A stretch of 20,000 nt of DNA, from the IMG/VR virus record IMGVR_UViG_3300011114_000889. One strand, written 5' to 3'. The notes beneath the pieces were generated by a model that saw only the letters and a list, made by a program, of their open reading frames with translations, searched no databases and was not told the origin of the DNA. This document shows, one piece after another, positions 7,862-16,320 of the stretch. Position 1 is the stretch's first letter. Each line of letters opens with the position of its first letter. Made by a program: the position numbers and the translations under genes. Source of the stretch: an uncultured virus (IMG/VR IMGVR_UViG_3300011114_000889). Its lineage: Duplodnaviria; Heunggongvirae; Uroviricota; Caudoviricetes.

Positions 7862-8076
7862 AGTGTTGCTCCTGACTTGTGCTCGTGAACCATAACACTC
7901 AGCAAGCCAATGACCTTGGCTTCGAAAGTGTCGATGAATTCACTACTAACTCTCGACGGGGCAGACTTCGTGGGGGCAAGCCCCATTTCCATCCTCGTCT
8001 TATTACGCTCCTTGAACTTGGCGCTCGCCATGTCCAGAGCCGACCGCTTAACTGATGCTCTATTTATTAGACTCAT
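7858..8076 (-). CDS. Candidate truncated histone-fold protein (72 aa)
   Basis: LINRASVKR (alpha1-like), RVS loop, amphipathic helix EFIDTFEAKVIGLLSVMV and terminal SGATL. SD AGAAAGGA. The gene is well supported; the fold call is inference. Confidence 0.5.
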   Translation of the reverse strand: MSLINRASVKRSALDMASAKFKERNKTRMEMGLAPTKSAPSRVSSEFIDTFEAKVIGLLSVMVHEHKSGATL

Positions 8077-8945
8077 ACGTTCCTTTCTCCAAAGATTTTA
8101 ATCCTTGATATGATGTTCTCATTCCCAGGTCTAGCCCATACTGGCCAGAACTTATCAGGAACTCCGTCCATCATCACCAAGCACAGCGCGACTGCCGCGA
8201 CAGTCTTCCTGCTGTAACCCGTCCACCCAATCTTACGAAGGGCAGACAATGACTTGGCCGCAATACTCCCCGCGGGTTGTGTCCCGTGGATGAGCAATGC
8301 AAACGGCTTACCAGACTTGTAGGCGTGGCTGTCGTCGTGGTCGATCTCCAGCTTCTTGTCCTCCGCTTCCTTGGTGCTGAACACAACCTCCGCATACTTC
8401 AGATCGTGCTTGGCAATCAACTCATCGTGGACTCCACCTCGACTTGCGTTGAGCGCGAAGTTCTTTGGGATATCCCCGATACGCCGAAGCCAGAAGGGTA
8501 AGCTTTTGGTGTAGGCGTAGAAGGTGCGCAGTGGCTGGCATCTGGCCACATGCATCCATGCATCGAAGTAGAACTGGTTGAAGAAGTCACCCGAGACGTG
8601 AACCCGAATGATTCCAGCTTGTCTTGGGAGACTCGCCTGAATCAGTTCGGACATCTCGGCTGTCGACTTGCCTTTCAGCAACTCGAAGTTATGCCACCTC
8701 TGCAACCGTGTGTTCTTGTACTGAGCTTCATCGGATGCGGCAAAGCAACGGAACTTGGTGTTGGCACCGTCCGTAATCTTTCCCGTGTCACGATTGGCCT
8801 TGGACAAACACTCCAGCGCACCTGGGCAGGCAAACCCTGCGGGTAGGCTGAACGTCCAGATGTCCCTTCCGAGCTTCGCGTTACCGCGATTAAACTTAAG
8901 CAAGTCCAAGTCTGATTTCACGAGTGTAGATTTTTTTGTTTTCAT
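8073..8945 (-). CDS. GP88-family (radical-SAM-like) phage protein
   Basis: GNAKL...FSLPAGFACPGALEC...CFA...RVHVSGDFF..YFDAW...P...FYAYTKS match the gene-product-88 pattern. The likely start is ATG 8945. Confidence 0.8.
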   Translation of the reverse strand: MKTKKSTLVKSDLDLLKFNRGNAKLGRDIWTFSLPAGFACPGALECLSKANRDTGKITDGANTKFRCFAASDEAQYKNTRLQRWHNFELLKGKSTAEMSELIQASLPRQAGIIRVHVSGDFFNQFYFDAWMHVARCQPLRTFYAYTKSLPFWLRRIGDIPKNFALNASRGGVHDELIAKHDLKYAEVVFSTKEAEDKKLEIDHDDSHAYKSGKPFALLIHGTQPAGSIAAKSLSALRKIGWTGYSRKTVAAVALCLVMMDGVPDKFWPVWARPGNENIISRIKIFGERNV

Positions 8946-9174
8946 CTTTTTGGTTCCAAGGTTTCTTGCCTTCGAATCGTTCCTTGCGGACCAGATTGTT
9001 GTTGCTGTCCAATCCAGTTGCCTCACACCATTCGGCAAGAAGAGTCGAAGCGTCTCCGCCTCGAAGCTTCAATGTTTCGATGATGGCCGCGTCCTCTTTA
9101 TGCCAGCCCAATCCATAGGGGAACTTGGTTCCCGCGATGTCTTTAGCTTGCTTACCTGTATACACGGCTTCCAT
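8896..9174 (-). CDS. Hypothetical protein (92 aa)
   Basis: SD GAGGAG and TAATG coupling with the upstream ORF. Confidence 0.65.
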   Translation of the reverse strand: MEAVYTGKQAKDIAGTKFPYGLGWHKEDAAIIETLKLRGGDASTLLAEWCEATGLDSNNNLVRKERFEGKKPWNQKDENKKIYTREIRLGLA

Positions 9175-9329
9175 TACGCTCTCCTCGCAAGTTCTTCGGC
9201 AATGTGTCTTGCGTACAGGCTAGCGGATTCGTCGCCTTTCGCAGGTCGCTCATCCGTTTTCGGATAAGACGTCCTCAAGTCTTCAAGTTTCTTCATTAGG
9301 TTTTCTTTAGTCATATATTTAATTTTCAT
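9174..9329 (-). CDS. Hypothetical protein (51 aa; not in the track)
   Basis: SD GAAAGGA before ATG 9329 (alternative start 9314). Translates to MKIKYMTKENLMKKLEDLRTSYPK...EELARRA. Confidence 0.6.
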   Translation of the reverse strand: MKIKYMTKENLMKKLEDLRTSYPKTDERPAKGDESASLYARHIAEELARRA

Positions 9330-9344
9330 AATGTCCTTTCAAGT

Positions 9345-9373
9345 GGGGCGGATGGGATTTGCCCACCCGCCCC
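9345..9373 (-). terminator. 12-bp GC-rich hairpin after rIIB (terminator-like or mRNA-stabilising; no U-tract)
   Basis: The - strand reads GGGGCGGGTGGG-CAAAT-CCCATCCGCCCC. It is fully paired with one G-U only on the - strand and is followed by ACTTGAAAGG. Confidence 0.55.
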
Positions 9374-9379
9374 GAATGA

Positions 9380-10231
9380 TTAGCGGTTTTCTACTGCGTC
9401 AAGCAACTGACGAGCCGCGGCACGGATGGCCGTAACGAGGCTGTCGTCGCTGTCAGTTTCATCTGTCTCAACATCGTCCTCTTCGTAGATGTCGTCTTCT
9501 GTTGAGTCGTACGTTTCTGCGTACGTCTTGGGTAGTGGTCCCGTGTAGTCCGCGACAACTTCGTACTTGGAAGTGCGAAGCTTCTGGAACTCGCAGTCAT
9601 TGGGGACTGACACCACATCCTCGGGATTGATCTTGACGATCACGACCCGACGATCACCACCACCAAAGTTGCTGGCGTACTCAAGCGAGCCAGCGTGGAA
9701 TCCGTAAGAACATCCGTTCTCGGGATTATCATCCACACTGCGTCGAGCGATGCTCAGCACCTGGCCAATTCGATTAGAGAACTTGCCAGTGTGGTGGTCC
9801 TTGTAGTCCTGATCAACCGACTTGTAGGCCAAGAAACAGCCATCCTCAGTGATCGGCATGTTCTTATGCTCCAAGAATTGATACAGTTGAGCCCGACTAT
9901 TGTGGCTCGGGTTGTTGTAGAGATTCTCCAAGAACCGAGTCATCGGTTCCACTGGCAGACTCTCCTCCATAAAGTTGAGGATTCGTTTGGCGATGCGCTC
10001 GTCAACGATCTCACCGCGGTGATACACTGAGCCATCTTTCACCTCAACGGAGTTACCGAGATACGCATTGAGCGCGTTGGTGATGTCCATCAATTGCTCG
10101 ATGTCACCCTCCGCACGACCCTCTGCGATCGCTTTGATTACCATCTTTGCATTTGCGTGGTCACGACGGATAGTGTGAGACTTCCCGTTTATGACCGCTG
10201 TTATTGTTTCGTCAGTTATGATGTAGTTCAT
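9380..10231 (-). CDS. rIIB: RIIB-like protein
   Basis: FLENL..NPS...QLY.FL....PITEDGCFLAYKSV...VDDNP..GCS.GFH...VKINPEDVVSVP.D...KLR...YEVV, directly downstream of rIIA. Confidence 0.9.
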   Translation of the reverse strand: MNYIITDETITAVINGKSHTIRRDHANAKMVIKAIAEGRAEGDIEQLMDITNALNAYLGNSVEVKDGSVYHRGEIVDERIAKRILNFMEESLPVEPMTRFLENLYNNPSHNSRAQLYQFLEHKNMPITEDGCFLAYKSVDQDYKDHHTGKFSNRIGQVLSIARRSVDDNPENGCSYGFHAGSLEYASNFGGGDRRVVIVKINPEDVVSVPNDCEFQKLRTSKYEVVADYTGPLPKTYAETYDSTEDDIYEEDDVETDETDSDDSLVTAIRAAARQLLDAVENR

Positions 10232-10252
10232 ACTTACTGTGTCCTTTCTGTT

Positions 10253-12592
10253 TTATTTTGTTTTGCGAGCTGCATCTACAAGATGCACATACTCGACAGT
10301 GCCTTCTGTTGCGTACTCCATTACATCTGTTTGCCAGTTATTGTGGCGAAGTAATGGATACCTCGAAGCTATTGCAGTTCCCTCACCTTTCAGATCATAA
10401 GAAGGCTTGGGCAACGACGCTTTGAGCTGCTGGTAAACGCCTTTCTTATCATCATTGTTTGATCGGCCAAGAGCCCAAGTATTCTGTGGTTCTTCAAGCC
10501 AAGCTGGCAAGTCTTTCTCATTGTTCTCCAGTCCGCCAACCATATCCAGAATCTTATCCATAAAGATTCGGAACGGGCTGTCGGACTTGATGTCTTTGAG
10601 TGGACCAGTCTTGGGGTTGGCCCAACGATCAAAGGAACATCGCTCAAAGAAGCAACCCTCTTTCCTAAACCGATCGCTGTTATACGACCCTCGAGAGTTG
10701 AAGAAATGCAAGACAGCATAGCGATCAGCAATCTTCTGAGCTTTGTCGGGGTTAGCCTTGAGGAAGGCTTGTGTCCCCTGCTCGATTGCATCCTGCAATT
10801 TAGTCCAAGTTGCATCAACCTTCTTGGCGACATCAGCCTCCTTCACGCCATAGATTTGATCGCAATACCCGATTGCTTTCAAGTATTCTTTTGCCCGATA
10901 CAGAGGATAATACTCCTCCATATCATAGTCCTTACCAGGCATTGACCACTTGAATTGGTCTAGTATTACATAGACTTTCTTGCCAGTCGTAGGTGCTGCT
11001 GAGATTCCCCAATAGTCACTACGTTTGTCTTGGCGTTGATACTTCGCATATAAAGCAAACACATTCCCCTTGGTGTGCTTTACATTCTTATCGTATTCAA
11101 CCTCAACACCATTCGCATCGACACCTTTCTGTTTCGGTGGGGGCATTGGCAGAGACGACACTTGTTGGAATGTCGTCGTTGCGAACCACGGGAGAGTCTT
11201 GTTGAGAAACTCTCGGCCACCGTTTTTATAGTTGATGATGGTCACGGTCGCGCCAACAGGACCGCTGTTCATCAGCCAGTGACGAACGCGAGCTTCACCA
11301 GAGCCAGTGCCAGTATCGTTGATCATAACGATTGCGTCTTTGTGGACCACCAGTTCATCGACCTCACGATCGACATTGAACTTAGCCTTGCCCCAACTAC
11401 GCTTACTTATACTCATAGCACTGACACCGTGAGACTTAAGCAAGTCGATTTCAGTCTGGTCTTTCTTGAGTGGCGAAGCACACAAGGGGATTCGATTATC
11501 GTCATGCATATCGATTCCTTTCCACTTCAACTTACCCTTCAGCTTCTTGACGATTCCCTCACGGAAACTGGAGGAACTGTATCCGCCAGTACCAGTGAAC
11601 CTACGCAAGATCAAGTGAGCTTGGAAGTAATCTGGAGCCGCTTGAATGTCAGCAAGCAAGGTCGACCCCATCGAGTCAATGACTGGATTGAGATGCTTGA
11701 CCAAGCCTTGAATCGTCTTCTGCGAATACTGCAAGTCCTCACGAGATGGAGCGACTTGGACATCGCCAAGATCGACCCGCACGTAGACTCCAGCATCAAT
11801 CAACTGCTTGATTACTGGCGAGCCAGAGAAGTCGGACTTGAGCGGATAAAGCACAAGACCCATCTGGAGCCAACTGTTACCTTCACCATTGAAAGACCAG
11901 TTGGTTCCTTTGATGATGCCATCCTTGTATGTCTGAGTGGCATATGCTTTCTTCTCTTCTGGACTTAGGTTGACGATGTCAGGCCGAACATCAAAGACAC
12001 GATAGACCTGAATCGCAGTTTCGCGAAACCGACTAACGTCGTTTGGCCTTACTGGAATCGAGATTTCGACACCAGAGGGTTCGTTGGTCTTGGTCTCGCT
12101 TAACAGCGATGCCTTGCCCACCTCACTCTCATCGATGTGGCAGTTCCAGATTCTCTTGACTCCGTCTTTATGCGGGGTAACCCCGTTGTAGTCGGTAACC
12201 GTGATGGCATCCGTGTAGGCACCATACGATTTGCAACCGATACCAAGACAGCCAGTGAAGGCGTTGCTTGTCCGCTTGTCGCTACCGCCATACGAGCAGA
12301 ACAGCTCTTGGAACTTCTCCTTGCCAAGTCCCGGACCGAAGTCACGAATCGTGAAGACTGGCTTCATACCAGTCGGAAGCGAGACTTGGATGGGCTTGTT
12401 GGTTTTACCGTTGAGGATATGACCCTCGCAGGCATTGGTGCCGTACTCACGCACTACCGCTCTGATTGGATCAGAGTAAGCTTTGCGTAGGATACTGGCG
12501 ATGTGACCGAGGTTGGACGCATCGATCTTATAATCGATTGTGTCGCTAACCCCGCTTGATACTGGCGTGTTTCTACTTGACGTGATTATCAT
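10253..12592 (-). CDS. rIIA: RIIA-like protein with N-terminal GHKL/HATPase domain
   Basis: YSDPIRAVVREYGTNA, FTIRDFGPGL, YGGSDKR.SN..TGCLGIGCKS and PSREDLQY. 779 aa, paired with rIIB. Confidence 0.9.
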   Translation of the reverse strand: MIITSSRNTPVSSGVSDTIDYKIDASNLGHIASILRKAYSDPIRAVVREYGTNACEGHILNGKTNKPIQVSLPTGMKPVFTIRDFGPGLGKEKFQELFCSYGGSDKRTSNAFTGCLGIGCKSYGAYTDAITVTDYNGVTPHKDGVKRIWNCHIDESEVGKASLLSETKTNEPSGVEISIPVRPNDVSRFRETAIQVYRVFDVRPDIVNLSPEEKKAYATQTYKDGIIKGTNWSFNGEGNSWLQMGLVLYPLKSDFSGSPVIKQLIDAGVYVRVDLGDVQVAPSREDLQYSQKTIQGLVKHLNPVIDSMGSTLLADIQAAPDYFQAHLILRRFTGTGGYSSSSFREGIVKKLKGKLKWKGIDMHDDNRIPLCASPLKKDQTEIDLLKSHGVSAMSISKRSWGKAKFNVDREVDELVVHKDAIVMINDTGTGSGEARVRHWLMNSGPVGATVTIINYKNGGREFLNKTLPWFATTTFQQVSSLPMPPPKQKGVDANGVEVEYDKNVKHTKGNVFALYAKYQRQDKRSDYWGISAAPTTGKKVYVILDQFKWSMPGKDYDMEEYYPLYRAKEYLKAIGYCDQIYGVKEADVAKKVDATWTKLQDAIEQGTQAFLKANPDKAQKIADRYAVLHFFNSRGSYNSDRFRKEGCFFERCSFDRWANPKTGPLKDIKSDSPFRIFMDKILDMVGGLENNEKDLPAWLEEPQNTWALGRSNNDDKKGVYQQLKASLPKPSYDLKGEGTAIASRYPLLRHNNWQTDVMEYATEGTVEYVHLVDAARKTK

Positions 12593-12782
12593 TTAGTTTT
12601 TCCTTTCTATCGAGTTCAATTCTCCAGACGATGGCTTCTCCATCCTCGTAACGGGAAGCAATGCTTCGCGCATCCTCGAGATGAATAAACATCTGGTCGT
12701 TGAGTAATACATTGTCTTTGTCAAACAAAGCGTAGCCATCCCACTTTGTTATCTCGTCTGCAATCTTTACAGCTTCACTCAC
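12573..12782 (-). CDS. Hypothetical protein (69 aa)
   Basis: Overlaps its neighbours in the coupled - strand run. Confidence 0.65.
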   Translation of the reverse strand: MSEAVKIADEITKWDGYALFDKDNVLLNDQMFIHLEDARSIASRYEDGEAIVWRIELDRKEKLNDNHVK

Positions 12783-13092
12783 CTGTAGGAATCCTACGAG
12801 CTGTGAAGTGCCACTCTTCGCTCGAGACTGTTGAAGCCTCGATGATGTGATTCACTTGCTCTGGTGTAAGATACTTGAGCAGGTTGGATTTGAGCAAAGG
12901 TTTGGCAAGTCTTGCCTTATCGTGCTCGTCCATCTGAACCGTGAAGTGCTGGCCTATCCAGCTTTTGATTCCCTGCTTCGCGGATTCTAGGAATAGACTC
13001 CGATACTCTTTGCGTTTCTCGTTCGATAGCTTGAGCCACTCGGTCGCCCGACCGAACTCATCTACCACTTCTGATGGTATTGTTAGTTCCAT
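12775..13092 (-). CDS. Hypothetical protein (105 aa)
   Basis: A/C-rich leader and SD GAAAGGA before ATG 13092 (MELTIPSEVV...). The track's longer start runs through a non-coding hairpin. Confidence 0.75.
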   Translation of the reverse strand: MELTIPSEVVDEFGRATEWLKLSNEKRKEYRSLFLESAKQGIKSWIGQHFTVQMDEHDKARLAKPLLKSNLLKYLTPEQVNHIIEASTVSSEEWHFTARRIPTGE

Positions 13093-13121
13093 ATTGTGTC
13101 CTTTCATTTTGGTTTTCGTTT

Positions 13122-13178
13122 GTTTCCGCCCACACGGGCAGACCGACACGCCCTCATCAGGCGTGCGGGGTCTGACCA
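13122..13178 (-). ncRNA. Structured intergenic element, copy A
   Basis: The - strand reads TGGTCAGACCCCGCACGCC-TGATGAG-GGCGTGTCGGTCTGCCCG TGTGGGCGGAAAC and shares sequence and structure with 16586-16649. Confidence 0.55.
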
Positions 13179-13355
13179 TCAAGACCAAGTAGCTTTGCCA
13201 ACTGGGTTGCCGTTCTCATCCCGAATGATGTATTTTTCGGTAGGAAAATCAGCAACATCAAAAGACAATTGGCTGAGAATACGGGACAACTCAAGTTCTG
13301 GAGTGTCCTCAAAAACCGAGTTATCCATTTTAATTTCTAATTTGAACTTTGCCAT
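13179..13355 (-). CDS. Small phage protein (F.LEI..DN..F...E..RIL...RD.NGN.VG family)
   Basis: Strong SD AGAAAGGAGGTG before ATG 13355. Confidence 0.8.
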   Translation of the reverse strand: MAKFKLEIKMDNSVFEDTPELELSRILSQLSFDVADFPTEKYIIRDENGNPVGKATWS

Positions 13356-13369
13356 ACACACCTCCTTTC

Positions 13370-13696
13370 TTAATCAGCCATTTCAGCCGCCCGTTCTTCC
13401 GCGGTTTCGTAGGTCGCTTGATACAAAGCTTCCTGCGCAGCCTCGACAAGTTCTTTAGAAGGTTCTGGAACTTCTTCCATTCCTTCGTCTGGATAGATTG
13501 CCAAGCTATCGAACTCACATTCCGAGAACTCGCTTTGGTTGACAATCTGGCTGTCATAACCACGCGAACCCCAGAACTCATAAGGTCCGATGCCGACATC
13601 TTCCTTCTCGGTGTTGTGGATGGCTGTACCAGTTACCGAATACTTCTTGCCGTCGTATTCGAACTTCACATCATCCTTCTCAACTTCGATTCTCAT
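13370..13696 (-). CDS. Highly acidic small protein (108 aa)
   Basis: By my count 28 D/E against 9 K/R. Motif DVGIGPYEFWG and an ATGA overlap. Confidence 0.75.
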   Translation of the reverse strand: MRIEVEKDDVKFEYDGKKYSVTGTAIHNTEKEDVGIGPYEFWGSRGYDSQIVNQSEFSECEFDSLAIYPDEGMEEVPEPSKELVEAAQEALYQATYETAEERAAEMAD

Positions 13697-13944
13697 AGAC
13701 CATTCAGAGCTAAGAAATTACGGCCGTCATCGACCGCTTTCTGCGCATCTGTCCTCTTGTATTTCTTGCGAGTAAACCCACTCACAATCTCCATACAGAG
13801 TTTGGGTGTTACGCCTCGTGATACACGCATCCGACCACCTGATCGAATGTGAGTCTCAAGACCCTGAACAGCGAGCAATAGGCGAAACCTATTGATGCTT
13901 TCTCCTGTTAACATAGTTCCGCAGTTTAGTTGTTTTACGCTCAT
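13693..13944 (-). CDS. Basic hypothetical protein (83 aa)
   Basis: SD AAGGAGG before ATG 13944 (MSVKQLNCG...). Confidence 0.75.
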   Translation of the reverse strand: MSVKQLNCGTMLTGESINRFRLLLAVQGLETHIRSGGRMRVSRGVTPKLCMEIVSGFTRKKYKRTDAQKAVDDGRNFLALNGL

Positions 13945-13954
13945 AGTGTCCTCC

Positions 13955-14167
13955 TTATGTAATGATTGCGCGGTTGTCTTGAATGACGATGCTACTGGCA
14001 TCGCCCCATACAACTGCGAGTGGTTGCTTCTTGCGTTTTCGATCGTGTGTAGCCACACGACAGTCAAAGCCTTTGATGGGGACGCACTGGTTCTGGTAGT
14101 GGATTGTCCACCAGACATCTTTGCGTTGTTGCGTCAAAGGTTTGTTGAAGTGGTAGAAGAATCTCAT
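13955..14167 (-). CDS. Hypothetical beta-rich protein (70 aa)
   Basis: Fills the gap between neighbours. FFYHFNKP...WTIHY...C...QP pattern. Confidence 0.7.
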   Translation of the reverse strand: MRFFYHFNKPLTQQRKDVWWTIHYQNQCVPIKGFDCRVATHDRKRKKQPLAVVWGDASSIVIQDNRAIIT

Positions 14168-14169
14168 GA

Positions 14170-14550
14170 CTAGTCCGATGCGTAGTGGTAGATCTTCTCG
14201 TATAAAAGATCGGGGTGCTCGGAGGCTAGCTCATTGAGTTCTTCGTCCGTCATATCAGTGCCGTCTTTGAACTGACCAGCACTGAAGTAGGCATCGGAGA
14301 AGTCTGGAGCATCTCTGCCGTCAACACCGTCAATCTCGAGAGAACCAGTGTCCACAACCTTGTGAACACGCCTCCCATCCTTAAGCGTATGGATTCTCTG
14401 AAGGACTATTAATCCGTCAGCCTTATCCATTGCTTGCTGGATTACTCTGTTCTCTTTGTCTACCAATAGCCAATGCTCGAAACCGTCCGCTCTATCTTGT
14501 TCGGTAATTTCGAAGCGATCACTCTTGTTATAAAAGTTTGGGATACTCAT
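14170..14550 (-). CDS. Acidic hypothetical protein (EIDGVD.RD.PDFSDAY family)
   Basis: SD AAGGAG and an ATGA overlap at 14547-14550. Confidence 0.75.
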   Translation of the reverse strand: MSIPNFYNKSDRFEITEQDRADGFEHWLLVDKENRVIQQAMDKADGLIVLQRIHTLKDGRRVHKVVDTGSLEIDGVDGRDAPDFSDAYFSAGQFKDGTDMTDEELNELASEHPDLLYEKIYHYASD

Positions 14551-14720
14551 AGTCTTACTCCTTCTGACTTCGCCCATAAATACAAATGCTCATCATTGTC
14601 TATCCACAGGCGGCGTTCTCGATCATTTAGCTGGTGATCATTCCCGCATTGTTTGCGTATATGTTCATCAATCTCAGATCGATTCTCTTTAATAAAAGAT
14701 ACAATTGCTTTTCGTTTCAT
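14547..14720 (-). CDS. Hypothetical protein (57 aa, LND.ERRLWI.NDE.LY.W family)
   Basis: SD GGAGG and ATGA overlaps at both ends. Confidence 0.75.
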   Translation of the reverse strand: MKRKAIVSFIKENRSEIDEHIRKQCGNDHQLNDRERRLWIDNDEHLYLWAKSEGVRL

Positions 14721-14965
14721 AGTGTTTCCTCCACTGGTTTGATTTGATAGCCGTATGCCCAATGCCCATTGTCCAGATCGAAAACGCAGTTCTCGATAAT
14801 GGTTGTAGGCACCCAAGGCACAAGGAGACCATTCTCTTTCTGGCCTGGACGGACAAGTTCAATCCTATGAACCTTGGCCTTTTCCCAGCCATCGTTGCCG
14901 AAGCTTCCGCGCCACCACACAGTGTCGCCTTTGCGAATCTCTTGCGGGATAAGCTTGGCAGTCAT
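14717..14965 (-). CDS. Hypothetical protein, possibly an SH3-like beta barrel (82 aa)
   Basis: IRKGDTVWWR...AKV..IE...DLDNGHWAYGYQI, with ATGA overlaps. Confidence 0.7.
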   Translation of the reverse strand: MTAKLIPQEIRKGDTVWWRGSFGNDGWEKAKVHRIELVRPGQKENGLLVPWVPTTIIENCVFDLDNGHWAYGYQIKPVEETL

Positions 14966-15297
14966 CGCATCATCTCCTCGATAAACATCGGGGTATACTC
15001 TCCGACATAAGCCCAGCGGGTATTGAAGTTGAAGTATTCTTCAGCTTCATCCCAGCTCCACTTGTTGTCCAGTTGAAGTTGGTGGATGCAGGAAAAGATT
15101 CCATACACCGCCACTTGTGCTCCGTGTTCACCATCTCGATAGGCAAGACCAAGGAAAGCTTTGTCCAAGCCATCGGCTAGGATGATATTTTCCTTGTGCT
15201 CGTCATCGGCATAGATATCGATGAAGTCAAGTATCTTGAGCCTGCCGAGCTGTTCTTGAGTCAGCTTCTTCTTAACTGATTTCGTCTTGGTAGCCAT
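14962..15297 (-). CDS. Common phage hypothetical protein (ADG.D.A..G...EA.EYF.FN...AYVGE.TP.F family)
   Basis: Motif recognition and SD AGAAAGGA. Confidence 0.8.
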   Translation of the reverse strand: MATKTKSVKKKLTQEQLGRLKILDFIDIYADDEHKENIILADGLDKAFLGLAYRDGEHGAQVAVYGIFSCIHQLQLDNKWSWDEAEEYFNFNTRWAYVGEYTPMFIEEMMR

Positions 15298-15661
15298 TGG
15301 ATTCCTTTCTCATTAGGGCATCGACTTTGGCTTCGATGGCCTTGATGGTTGTGACGAACGCATCGAGTTCAGATTTCTTCAATACTCCAGAGTTGAAGTG
15401 ATAATACATTTCATCACTGGCGGTTCTGCCTTGGGCTCCGTATTCAAATACGGGACCGACGTGACACACTGCTCTATAACCTTTTGGGTTAGAGTAGTAG
15501 AACGCATAAGCTCCGCCTTCTGCTGGAGTTGGAACTCTGTTTGTTCTGATGGTCACCTTCCCTTTCGGGAAGTCTGCCGTCGAGGTTCGGTCGATAGGAG
15601 TCAGCCCCAGCCTTCGCTGGAGCGTTCCCTTTTCAGCTACGACTTCGATTGGGTAACTCAT
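15272..15661 (-). CDS. Hypothetical protein (129 aa)
   Basis: ATGA overlap at 15658-15661. Confidence 0.7.
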   Translation of the reverse strand: MSYPIEVVAEKGTLQRRLGLTPIDRTSTADFPKGKVTIRTNRVPTPAEGGAYAFYYSNPKGYRAVCHVGPVFEYGAQGRTASDEMYYHFNSGVLKKSELDAFVTTIKAIEAKVDALMRKESNGYQDEIS

Positions 15662-15843
15662 CGAGCCAACTTGATCATCAGCGTGCCGATGACAAGCTCC
15701 AAGTAGATGAGTGCCGAATTACCACCGCGGTAGAGTTCAAAGCCGAGAGGCCGAAACTCCATGTTAGCCACAATGGCATTGTTGAATCTGTTTGCGAAGA
15801 AGTGGAAACGCATCCACCCCCAACCAAGTTTAACTTTGATCAT
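15658..15843 (-). CDS. Hypothetical hydrophobic protein (61 aa)
   Basis: SD GAGGAG before ATG 15843 (MIKVKLGWGW...). Confidence 0.6.
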   Translation of the reverse strand: MIKVKLGWGWMRFHFFANRFNNAIVANMEFRPLGFELYRGGNSALIYLELVIGTLMIKLAR

Positions 15844-16183
15844 TGTCGTTCTCCTCATTGTTGATTGTTTCTTCGATGTCGATTCCCTGCTCCTTCTTGC
15901 GGGCACGGAACAACCAGTCACCAGTCCACGAGCGGATAACCGCAAGCAAACGGCGGAAGGTTGGGTAACGCCACGGACGTTCCAGCTCACCCAAAGGCAG
16001 GCTGACCCAGCGGGCGTCACCGACTTTCACATTCAGTTCCTTCGGCACCATTGTGTCATCGGTGTAGATGTCGCCAGCTACCTCGACCGCACCAGTGTTC
16101 AGGCGGAACTTCCGCCCAAGATTGTGACCTTTTAGAATCTCAATCATTTGGGCATCAACCCATAGCTTGTCCCCAGCTTTCAA
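15830..16183 (-). CDS. Hypothetical protein (117 aa)
   Basis: TTG start in a TTGA overlap, with SD GGAGG. Confidence 0.7.
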   Translation of the reverse strand: MKAGDKLWVDAQMIEILKGHNLGRKFRLNTGAVEVAGDIYTDDTMVPKELNVKVGDARWVSLPLGELERPWRYPTFRRLLAVIRSWTGDWLFRARKKEQGIDIEETINNEENDNDQS

Positions 16184-16320
16184 GAGAGTTCCTCCGAAGC
16201 CATCTTAAGAAGACGGTGTAAGAGAATCGCAGCTGCGACTAAACAGCTTGGGATTACCATAAACGCACACACCAGTTGGATGATGATTGTCATCACCTCA
16301 AAGAACTCCGCCCAACTCAC
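16180..16320 (-). CDS. Small membrane protein (46 aa; not in the track)
   Basis: GTGA and TTGA overlaps. Translates to MSWAEFFEVMTIIIQLVCAFMVIPSCLVAAAILLHRLLKMASEELS. Confidence 0.65.
   Translation of the reverse strand: MSWAEFFEVMTIIIQLVCAFMVIPSCLVAAAILLHRLLKMASEELS

Noticed and set aside
11075..11968. 297-aa + strand ORF and the other + strand ORFs between 6636 and 18829
   Set aside because: They lie antisense to well-supported, tightly tiled - strand genes such as rIIA, rIIB and GP88, and lack motifs.
13110..13165. CTGATGAG...GAAAC on the - strand suggesting a hammerhead ribozyme
   Set aside because: No stem II closes directly before either GAAA, no stem III/UH arrangement is found, and the CTGATGA is absent from the second copy of the element.
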